Shown piece after piece: positions 38,780 to 46,932 of a stretch of DNA of 56,959 bases. The translations under genes were made by a program, and so were the position numbers. Position 1 is the stretch's first letter. The number at the start of each line of letters is the position of its first letter. Source of the DNA: a virus (Duplodnaviria; Caudoviricetes); the IMG/VR virus record IMGVR_UViG_3300030098_005115, positions 1 through 56,959 of that record, one strand, 5' to 3'. The notes below the pieces were generated by a model. The model had not been told where the DNA came from. It did no database searches and saw only the letters and a list, made by a program, of their open reading frames with translations.

Positions 38780-38804
38780 TATAATAATAATATATATATA
38801 TATA

Positions 38805-39716
38805 TTATTTATTTAAGATATGCTCACAGGCTTTCGAACTTCTTGAACCTGCCCACATAATCCAGTCTGTATTTTTAGATAGTTTAGATTTCCAACTACT
38901 TATATAACTTGCTGAATTTTTTATGACTTCATCTCGTTCAATACCAGCGATACCACATAAAAAGGTACTTCCAAGCTCCGCCACCAGTTCCTCTTTAGAA
39001 TACTCATGAGAGCCGAAAAAACCGCCCTTAGTCACTCCATCTCGATTGCACCTCTTCGCATGTCCAGTCGAATGTATTAGTTCGTGAAATAAGGTAGAAT
39101 AGTACTCTTCATCTGATATAAATTTCTCCGGTTTTACCATATGCACTTCGTCCGAGGAGGGACGGTAAAAACATCTATCATTTTGATCATGGTAAATTTT
39201 AGGAGAATCTTGATAGTTATTAATAATATCATCACATGACTTGATATTTTCAAATTCGTTCAAATCATCTTCTTTGGTGATTATTCTGTTGTATTTTTCT
39301 GGAAGTCCCTCGACTTGATCGGCATTAAATACGTTTGAATAAAACACTGATGGAAAAGGCGTATATTTTCCAGTGCCATCACAAATTGAACAATCCAGAT
39401 CACCACCAGAACATTTATAGCATGGTTTTGGATCATGGAATTTCCAATAGACTACTGGCATAGATTTTGAGCCTTTTAAGACTTTACCGCCTAAATTCTG
39501 TGCTTGTTTGAAAGTCATCCACCAAGGAGAATTATAGCCACATGAGGCTAGTAAACCAAGGTTAGTCCCTCGATAAACTTTTTTGGTCGAAGCAGATCTT
39601 GGCATATTTAATACTCCGCCCTTCCAAGGCTTTTGCCAAGGGATAACTCCCTCATCTAAAAAGCTAATTACTTTTTTGGTTACTTTATCACAAATGTTTT
39701 GATATTGTTTATTCAT
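38805..39716 (-). CDS. ardC: ArdC-family antirestriction/ssDNA-binding protein
   Basis: PWQKPW, Y.G.N, W.TFKQ...GG.V.KG, VFN.DQ; zincin HELIH; YSKEELVAEL. Confidence 0.88.
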   Translation of the reverse strand: MNKQYQNICDKVTKKVISFLDEGVIPWQKPWKGGVLNMPRSASTKKVYRGTNLGLLASCGYNSPWWMTFKQAQNLGGKVLKGSKSMPVVYWKFHDPKPCYKCSGGDLDCSICDGTGKYTPFPSVFYSNVFNADQVEGLPEKYNRIITKEDDLNEFENIKSCDDIINNYQDSPKIYHDQNDRCFYRPSSDEVHMVKPEKFISDEEYYSTLFHELIHSTGHAKRCNRDGVTKGGFFGSHEYSKEELVAELGSTFLCGIAGIERDEVIKNSASYISSWKSKLSKNTDWIMWAGSRSSKACEHILNK

Positions 39717-39746
39717 TTTATTTACTCCTATTTTGATTATTGTTTG

Positions 39747-39926
39747 CTATTCTGAAATTTCACATTCGTTGAACTGATCTAATGATCTATACCCAGTCCG
39801 AGAATATAAAATACTATTTAAAGTATCTGTAGATGTTCCATTTATTGACGTTACTAGACTTATTTCCTCGCTTGTTGCAATTCCTAAGTCTATTAAAAGA
39901 TCGTATAGTTCGTTGAATTCATTCAT
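39747..39926 (-). CDS. small hypothetical protein, first leftward gene of phage B (59 aa)
   Basis: MNEFNELYDLLIDLGIATSEEI...RTGYRSLDQ; AGGAG RBS. Confidence 0.65.
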   Translation of the reverse strand: MNEFNELYDLLIDLGIATSEEISLVTSINGTSTDTLNSILYSRTGYRSLDQFNECEISE

Positions 39927-40235
39927 TTTTTTACTCCTAATTGGTTGTTGTTTGGTTATTTCCTACGTCCAATTTTACCAAGCTTTTTTAATTTTGTCAA
40001 ATTTCGAGGGTAATCCTAGAGGCTATTACTATATATATTATTATTAATTACTACTTATAAGAGGGTAATAATACATATATATATAAAAACAAATCGGCTA
40101 TTTTAGATTGATTCATAGGTATTATATAGCTGTAAGTACTGATATTGTTAGGTTTATATAGTATTTTATAGTAATGTAGTATTTCCCGCCAAAATTATAA
40201 TATAAAGAGGATTGAAACCAAAAATTTCAACTTGA

Positions 40236-40316
40236 TTTTTTCAACCCGAAATGCGATTGGGGGGTGTAGTATGTGTAATAAAAGACAAACGCACATACTG
40301 ATATAATTTTTTAAAA
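40236..40316. promoter_or_regulatory. cis-element at the divergence point, copy B
   Basis: TTTTTTCAAC-CC-GAAAT, G6, CGCACAT-N10-TTTTTTAAAA. Confidence 0.5.
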
Positions 40317-40385
40317 TTTTTTGGAAGTTTTCCTAAGAATTTGGTTCGTTGAACCGCCGGTACTATAAGATATTGAACTGCCGAT

Positions 40386-40533
40386 ACTACATATACTATA
40401 TATACTATAGTACTATATATATAATATATATATAATATATACTATATATACTATAATTACTATATATACTATAAATACTATAAGTACTATATATACTATA
40501 AGTACTATATATACTATAGTACTATAGTACTAC
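40386..40533. repeat. TACTATA/TATA low-complexity tract
   Basis: Tandem degenerate TACTATA(TA/GT/AG) units; almost no G/C outside the motif. Confidence 0.8.
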
Positions 40534-40617
40534 ATTAAAAATTCCTTTCAAAGCAAACAACAAATATAAATTATATTAATAATACCATTATGTCAAGTTT
40601 TTTTATTAAATTTTTAC

Positions 40618-40866
40618 ATGGCAAGACCGAAAACATTATATCAAAGAGCCGTAACTGGAGACATTGAGATTGGTGATGTGGTGTCTAATATAGATAAATG
40701 TAAAGATATTGCTGAAGAAATAAAAATAATAGACATTATCAACCCAACCTCAAGACAAATCGGTATGCTGGCAGAGCTTCTATACCGGGTTAAGAATATG
40801 CCCGACCTAGAAAAACTAGATAATCCAAGTGCTTTCATGGATTCTTCTACTGCTTACTGGGGCTAG
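40618..40866 (+). CDS. hypothetical protein (82 aa)
   Basis: ORF track; first rightward ORF of module B. Confidence 0.65.
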   Translation: MARPKTLYQRAVTGDIEIGDVVSNIDKCKDIAEEIKIIDIINPTSRQIGMLAELLYRVKNMPDLEKLDNPSAFMDSSTAYWG

Positions 40867-40868
40867 TT

Positions 40869-41645
40869 CTGGCTTTAACAAAAAAAATAAAAGGCAATAC
40901 GCATTATGCCTACTCAAACGAGCAGGAGTTCCGCATTGACCATCCGGATACTCCAATAATAAAAGACTGGCGTAAAGCAGAGGAAGGCCAATGGTGCTTT
41001 TCTGATGATGGTCAAATTGTTCAAATACTAAAGCGTGGTAACTACACGAGCAAATACGAATCAAAAGACTATGTAAGAACAATTATTGGTATGGTAACTA
41101 CGCTAAAGACAAGCAACCTTAGTGGAGGTTTGAAAAAAACCATTTATCGCTTTAGTAGTCATAAAAATCATTATGAAAAACTAAAAAACGGACTTATGAC
41201 AGAGCAAAAACGCAATTTTGCTAAGTACATAGCTCATGGTGCCAGCCTAGAGGATGCTTATAAAAAGTCACATCCAGATACAAAAAGCAAAGATTATGCA
41301 ATAAAAAGTGCAAAAGTTTTATTAAGAACAAAAGAGGTGAGGAATCTAGTGGATAAAGAAGTAGAACTATTACTGTCAGAAGTTGGAATTACTAAAAAAT
41401 ACCTATTAGAGAGTGCTAAAGACATTGTAGACAAAGAAGAAGCAAAAGATAACGACAAGTTAAGAGCTTTAGAAACTTTAATGAAAATATCCGGTCTTTT
41501 AAATACCGATAAAAAAGTGGATTCAGTAGCTTTAATACAGGAATTTACAGGATTTAGCAAAGATAAGCTAAATGCCTTTAGTGCTGGAATACTTCCAGAA
41601 GCAAAAAAGCAAATATCAGATGGTAATAAAGAAGATAACAGTTAA
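40869..41645 (+). CDS. putative terminase small subunit (module B), extended to a CTG start
   Basis: In-frame extension above ATG 41091 encodes DWRKAEEGQWCFSDDG, homologous to terS-A; HTH-like Q..FA.....G.....AY segment. Confidence 0.65.
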   Translation: MALTKKIKGNTHYAYSNEQEFRIDHPDTPIIKDWRKAEEGQWCFSDDGQIVQILKRGNYTSKYESKDYVRTIIGMVTTLKTSNLSGGLKKTIYRFSSHKNHYEKLKNGLMTEQKRNFAKYIAHGASLEDAYKKSHPDTKSKDYAIKSAKVLLRTKEVRNLVDKEVELLLSEVGITKKYLLESAKDIVDKEEAKDNDKLRALETLMKISGLLNTDKKVDSVALIQEFTGFSKDKLNAFSAGILPEAKKQISDGNKEDNS

Positions 41646-41746
41646 TGACAGTGACTGGGTTACTACGATTACCTCTATTTGGCCCTATAATACCCCTAAA
41701 ACGGTAAAAGTAGGTAAAAGCCTATATAGAGTAAGGCTAAAGTACA

Positions 41747-41836
41747 ATGGATAACTCTGAGTGGAAATTTTGGGCTGGATTTATTTTACTTATGGTATTA
41801 GCAGTGTATGTAATGATTTGGATAACAGGAATCTGA
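41747..41836 (+). CDS. 29-aa membrane peptide
   Basis: MDNSEWKFWAGFILLMVLAVYVMIWITGI. Confidence 0.45.
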   Translation: MDNSEWKFWAGFILLMVLAVYVMIWITGI

Positions 41837-41944
41837 GATGAGTGAGGAGCAAGAATCAAGGTTTAGGCAAAAAGTAATGCTGGTTGTTGCTCGAAAAGAT
41901 TGGAATCCTTATGCGTGGCAACGAGTATTGAATAGATTTATGAG

Positions 41945-42271
41945 ATGTCTGAACAAATAAATGGAAAACCGCCTACTGCAAGAAGTTATAGAGGGTCAGT
42001 CATTGACGATAACATGGTGTTGTCTTTCAACATTAAATGGCTCGGACAGATATGTATCCTTGTTGGCGGCCTTGTTTTTGGTTATTGGAATGTACTCAAT
42101 CGTCTTGAAAAACTGGAGTACAGAATGGCAGAGTCTGATCAACAGATTGAAGAGCTTGTGGAAAAGCATATCCAAGAAGAGCAAGTACGTTACGACAAAA
42201 TGGAAGAAGAGTTAAAGTGGTACCAGAAAAACATAAACCCATTAAGTTGGCGAAAGAAAAAGCGTAAATAA
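41945..42271 (+). CDS. membrane-anchored coiled-coil protein (lysis-related?)
   Basis: One TM segment then coiled coil; basic tail. Confidence 0.6.
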   Translation: MSEQINGKPPTARSYRGSVIDDNMVLSFNIKWLGQICILVGGLVFGYWNVLNRLEKLEYRMAESDQQIEELVEKHIQEEQVRYDKMEEELKWYQKNINPLSWRKKKRK

Positions 42272-42588
42272 TGGACTTTTTAGAAATATATGGCGAAGCA
42301 GGGATGATAGGTGTAGTAGGTGCTATGTTTGTATATCTTGTAATATCCCTTTCCAATAAATCTGCTAAGCAACAAGAGACCTTAGAGAATCTTAAAGTGG
42401 AAAACAAAGGGCAGTCAGAAACTCTTGAAAACATGGAAGGGATGATTATTAAACTTATTGCAAGGTGGAATCAATCTGATGATAAATTAGATCGTAAATT
42501 TGATGCTATGACAAAAGAAATAAATGACTTGGACAATCAGTGCTCTCGCATTGAAGGTTCTTTATCTAGGATAAATGGCAGGCACTAA
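42271..42588 (+). CDS. holin-like protein (N-terminal TM plus coiled coil)
   Basis: GMIGVVGAMFVYLVISL then heptads. Confidence 0.55.
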   Translation: MDFLEIYGEAGMIGVVGAMFVYLVISLSNKSAKQQETLENLKVENKGQSETLENMEGMIIKLIARWNQSDDKLDRKFDAMTKEINDLDNQCSRIEGSLSRINGRH

Positions 42589-42856
42589 ACCAATAGGAGA
42601 TGAATCAATTCTCAACATTAGCTTACCAATGTTGATACAGGCTGTTGGCCTTATTGGTGCTATGGTATGGGGCTACGGTCAATTAAATGCTCGAATTAGC
42701 TTTTTAGAGTATCAGGTTGCGATGCACGAAAACCACATTGAGCGAATCGAAGAAAACGCAGAAGAAAACCAAGATGCTGAAATCCCAGCAGATATAAAAC
42801 AAAATACTAGACTTGAATACCTAGAAAAAGAAATAAACAGATTAAGGAACAAATAA
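42575..42856 (+). CDS. membrane-anchored coiled-coil protein
   Basis: Resembles 41945-42271 (L.Q...L.G..V.GY..L..R). Confidence 0.6.
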   Translation: MAGTKPIGDESILNISLPMLIQAVGLIGAMVWGYGQLNARISFLEYQVAMHENHIERIEENAEENQDAEIPADIKQNTRLEYLEKEINRLRNK

Positions 42857-42860
42857 AATC

Positions 42861-43190
42861 ATGGATAGTAAAGATTTTGATAGTTGGTGGCAAGCTGTTG
42901 TAAGGGAGCATGGATATGACCCAGACCCAGATAGTCCGTTACACTTTTATGATTACAGAAAAGCTTTTGAAGAAAATCATCCAATTCCAAAAAGGTTTGG
43001 TCATTGGGACTCTAAGTATAAACATGACCTTCATCCAAATCGGTTTGTATCCGGCTTTGACCCCTCCGTTAATAAGCCTGATGTTAAGTGGTGGGATACA
43101 AAAAACAATCAACCAGCTTCTGCTTCTGAAGTACTTATTAACGATGTAATGAGACAAGAATACATAGATAGCCCAGATAATGCCGAATAA
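42861..43190 (+). CDS. hypothetical protein (109 aa)
   Basis: ORF track; YDYR..HW..K.HP motif. Confidence 0.65.
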   Translation: MDSKDFDSWWQAVVREHGYDPDPDSPLHFYDYRKAFEENHPIPKRFGHWDSKYKHDLHPNRFVSGFDPSVNKPDVKWWDTKNNQPASASEVLINDVMRQEYIDSPDNAE

Positions 43191-44775
43191 TTTTAACATT
43201 ATATCAGGCCCGACAGAAATGTCGGAAAAAGATCAAGTACTTGCAAACTCATACAAAAACCTTATTTATTTTGGTAGAGCATTTTTACCAAATGATTTTT
43301 TAAACAAATCAACCTCACCTAGCTTTCACTTTGACGTTGCTGAAAAACTTATATCTACAAAACCGGGAAGCAGAACTTGCATTATCATGCCTAGGGGTTT
43401 TGGAAAATCTATCTTGTCTAAAGCCGCAATTCTGCATAAACTTTGTTTTGCAAGTGAAGACGAGCAACATTTTATGGCGTGGGTTTCTGAGGAGCAAAGC
43501 CAGTCTATTGATCACTTAAAATATTTAAGAAGCCATTTTGAGGTAAATAAAAAATTAAAGTATTACTTTGGAAATTTAGATGGAAGTAGCGTAGGAAAGA
43601 GATGGACGGAAAAAGATATTGTAACTCCAAAAGGAGATCGAATAATCGCAAAAGGAACATCACAAAGACTAAGAGGTCGTGCAGAAGTAGATGTCAGATA
43701 TACTGGAATTATACTTGATGACTTTGAGTCAGAGCTTAATACAAAAACACCAGAAAGAAGATCGGAAATAAAGAAATGGATTGTGTCTACCGTATATCCA
43801 GCACTAGAAGAAACGCCCGGCAAGGAAGGTTCTATATGGTTATCTGGAACAATCGTTCATTATGACAGCTTCTTACAAATGGTGGTTGATGGTTATAAAA
43901 AAGCCAAAAAAGACAAAAGGACATATCCTTGGGATGTGGTGTTCCATAGGGCCATTGAAGATGGTGAGTCTATCTGGCCCGAACAATTCTCTATTAAAAA
44001 GCTAGAGCATAAGAAAAGAGAGTTTATTGAAGCTGGTCTTGTTAATAAGTTTGCTCAGGAGTACATGAATGATGCTAGAGATATATCTAATGCTTCTTTC
44101 AAGATTGATAGAATACAGTATTACAATGGTACCGTTAAAAACAAAGGCGGATTTAACTATCTGATTGATGGTGAAACTGCCACCCCCCTTAACATTTACA
44201 TTGGCGTTGACCTTGCGGCAACAGCTACGGCCACATCTGACTATCAGGTTATTATGGTTATGGGTATTGACTCAAATAAAAACCGTTATGTTCTGGAGTA
44301 TTTTCGTGAGCGTATCCCTACTTTTGATATTCCTCCTAAGATCATTGAACTATCTAATAAGTATGCTCCAGTACGGAGGGTTACGATTGAAACGGTTGCG
44401 GCTCAAGAGATGGTAAGGGATATGGTAACAAGGCTATCGGCTAAAGAAAAACGATTAATGCCCGGAATGTTTAAAGGTGTTAAGCCCCCCAATAGAATTA
44501 AAAAAGAAGACAGGTTGGAAACTTCTCTTGGCCCTATTGTAAATTCTAAAAAGTTATTTATTCAAAGAGAAATGACAGAGCTGGTAGATGAGTTCTTTGA
44601 ACATCCTAAGCCAAAAAATGACGATTTAATGGATGCTTTGTATTATGCTGACTACTTTGCTAAACCTCCAAAAAGTTCAAAAACAAAAATAGACAGTTTA
44701 AATCGTGAGGCAGAAAGACCAAGTAAAAGAATATTAGCAAAATCATACAACTGGTTAACGGGAGCTAGAGCATGA
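43180..44775 (+). CDS. terL: terminase large subunit (module B)
   Basis: Walker A MPRGFGKS, Walker B IILDD, GTIVH, GVDLA, NDDLMDA. Confidence 0.95.
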   Translation: MPNNFNIISGPTEMSEKDQVLANSYKNLIYFGRAFLPNDFLNKSTSPSFHFDVAEKLISTKPGSRTCIIMPRGFGKSILSKAAILHKLCFASEDEQHFMAWVSEEQSQSIDHLKYLRSHFEVNKKLKYYFGNLDGSSVGKRWTEKDIVTPKGDRIIAKGTSQRLRGRAEVDVRYTGIILDDFESELNTKTPERRSEIKKWIVSTVYPALEETPGKEGSIWLSGTIVHYDSFLQMVVDGYKKAKKDKRTYPWDVVFHRAIEDGESIWPEQFSIKKLEHKKREFIEAGLVNKFAQEYMNDARDISNASFKIDRIQYYNGTVKNKGGFNYLIDGETATPLNIYIGVDLAATATATSDYQVIMVMGIDSNKNRYVLEYFRERIPTFDIPPKIIELSNKYAPVRRVTIETVAAQEMVRDMVTRLSAKEKRLMPGMFKGVKPPNRIKKEDRLETSLGPIVNSKKLFIQREMTELVDEFFEHPKPKNDDLMDALYYADYFAKPPKSSKTKIDSLNREAERPSKRILAKSYNWLTGARA

Positions 44776-44830
44776 ACAATATTGCACTTAATAATCTTTT
44801 AGTGGTAATATAGCTTACATATTTATAACT

Positions 44831-45238
44831 ATGGCACGATACTCCAAGAAATCAAAAGAAAGGCTTGCAACTTGTGATGAGAGGTTGCAGGATGTGTTTA
44901 ATGAGGTGATTAAGCATGTTGATTGCTCTATTTTAGAGGGGAGTCGTAGCAAGGAAAGGCAAAATAAACTTTATGATGAGGGTCGTACTAAAGTTAAGTA
45001 TCCTAATGGTCGCCATAATTCTTACCCTTCTAGGGCCGTTGACGTTACCCCTTACCCTGTGGATTGGAAAGACAGGGAAAGACAGACGTTCTTTGCCGGC
45101 TTTGTGCTTGGCATCGCTCGTAGTATGGGTATTAATTTGAGGTGGGGTGGAAATTGGGATATGTACAAAGAAAACGGAAGGTGGGAAGTTAAAGATAATC
45201 GGTTTGATGACTTCCCCCACTTTGAAATTTACGAATAA
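44831..45238 (+). CDS. endolysin, peptidase M15 family (L-Ala-D-Glu peptidase-like)
   Basis: R...RQ..L, H......AVD, RWGG.W, D.PHFE. Confidence 0.85.
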   Translation: MARYSKKSKERLATCDERLQDVFNEVIKHVDCSILEGSRSKERQNKLYDEGRTKVKYPNGRHNSYPSRAVDVTPYPVDWKDRERQTFFAGFVLGIARSMGINLRWGGNWDMYKENGRWEVKDNRFDDFPHFEIYE

Positions 45239-46932
45239 TGCCAGAAACCACAGACACAATTAAAGCAAAGCTTACTCCCGGCGAGTTTGTTATCAGGAAA
45301 GAAGCGGTTGATATGGTTGGGTTACCTTTATTAAACAAGATAAACGATCTTCCAAAAGAAGGTGGTCATTCAGAAATAGACAAATTAATAAACATGGCTT
45401 CTATGGAGAATATGAAACCTATGTACGGTGGTGGGGAAGTGAAGATGGGTTATGGTCATGGTGGTATGGTAAAAGACAATATGATGGGCATGATGGGCGG
45501 AGGAATGGCGAATAAGCCTATGATGGGTTACGCTCATGGAGGTATGGCAAAAAATTTAAAACCTGTTCCTGAAGACAACCCCGGACTTGGAAAACTACCA
45601 GATCAAGTAAGGAACAGAATGGGTTATATGCAAGAAGGCGGTTTGGCAATTAGAAGATCTGAATATAAAGAGCCTGATGTGAGTTATGTAAATATTGCCA
45701 ACCTAGATTATCCAAGCTATGGTGTTGAGCCTGATTTATTCCAGAGATTGAGCAAAAAATACGATGAAGATTATAATAATATTTCTAATTTGATGCTTGG
45801 AACAGGCAGGGATGAACCGGCTAGAGACATTTTTTATTCAATAGGCTTAGGAAACGAGAGCTCAGATGAGTATGCAAAAAAGATTGGTGCAACGGAATCT
45901 GATAAAGCTTTAGCTAGGGAGTATGTTAAAGCTTTTGATAGCTTAAAAGAATCTTACGACACAAAGAATCGAAATCTTGGTAAGGATTATTATTCTTATA
46001 AAAAAGGTGTTCGCCCAGCAGGTATGCTCAATTATTCAGAAAGTCTTTATGATGAAAAACAATTAAAACAAGTTAAAAAACTTTTAAGTAAAATGTCAGA
46101 AAGCAAGCTGTATAAAGATGTGGAAGGTGATTATATAGATGTAATCCATCGCAATATGCCGTCAAAGTATAATATCGAGCCTTACATTAAAGACTTTCAA
46201 GAAGGTGGCATGGTAGAAGACTCTTTAATGGGGATGATGTATGGTGGCATGGCTAAAAAGAAAAAAGGCTATGGCTATCAAGATGGTGGCGAGGTTGATA
46301 GAGGTTTTCTTACTGAGGATGATGGAGTGTATAACTTCAAAAGAGTTTTATCTGTTCCAGCAAGTCAAGTTGGTGGCAAAGAAGGCTTTCGTTATTATTC
46401 TGGAGAGGCTTCTGCTGATGACCTTCAATCGGCTCGGGACATAGCTGGTCTTTTAGCGAATGAAAAAATGGTCACTGCCCCTCAAGACTCTATTCCTTTC
46501 GACATGATAGATAGATTTTTAAAGCCTGAAAAAAAAGGATTGAGGGCATTTCTTCCCTTTCAAGAAGGCGGTATGGTTGGCCCTCCAGCACCTCAGCAAA
46601 ATGAAATAATGCAACCCGGACAAACTCCACCCGGTACACTTATGGGCCCCTCTGAGGCAGATATAGAACAGCTTAGGATGATGCAAGCTCAGGGATTACA
46701 AGATTCTATACAGCAAAGCATCGTAGACAAAGCTAGGGATTCATTACAGCTAATGCAGTTATTAGACTCTTTAGGTGGAGAGACAGAGAGTATTGAAAAT
46801 ATAGGCCCTAATAAGCCATTCTTAGATGATGGAAAGATTTACTTAGATCAAGAAGAGTTACCATCAGCAGAAGAGCCTTCAAGGGGGGATATGATAAGAA
46901 TGCTAATGAACGCCGGTATGCGTGTTATCTAA
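45238..46932 (+). CDS. GG-motif repeat protein (probable internal virion protein)
   Basis: DTIKAKLTPGEFVIRKEAV plus about nine xxxGGx(V/A) motifs. Confidence 0.65.
   Translation: MPETTDTIKAKLTPGEFVIRKEAVDMVGLPLLNKINDLPKEGGHSEIDKLINMASMENMKPMYGGGEVKMGYGHGGMVKDNMMGMMGGGMANKPMMGYAHGGMAKNLKPVPEDNPGLGKLPDQVRNRMGYMQEGGLAIRRSEYKEPDVSYVNIANLDYPSYGVEPDLFQRLSKKYDEDYNNISNLMLGTGRDEPARDIFYSIGLGNESSDEYAKKIGATESDKALAREYVKAFDSLKESYDTKNRNLGKDYYSYKKGVRPAGMLNYSESLYDEKQLKQVKKLLSKMSESKLYKDVEGDYIDVIHRNMPSKYNIEPYIKDFQEGGMVEDSLMGMMYGGMAKKKKGYGYQDGGEVDRGFLTEDDGVYNFKRVLSVPASQVGGKEGFRYYSGEASADDLQSARDIAGLLANEKMVTAPQDSIPFDMIDRFLKPEKKGLRAFLPFQEGGMVGPPAPQQNEIMQPGQTPPGTLMGPSEADIEQLRMMQAQGLQDSIQQSIVDKARDSLQLMQLLDSLGGETESIENIGPNKPFLDDGKIYLDQEELPSAEEPSRGDMIRMLMNAGMRVI

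Noticed and set aside
38781-38804. (AT)n run after the ardC stop
   Set aside because: Short microsatellite in an AT-rich spacer; no evidence of function.
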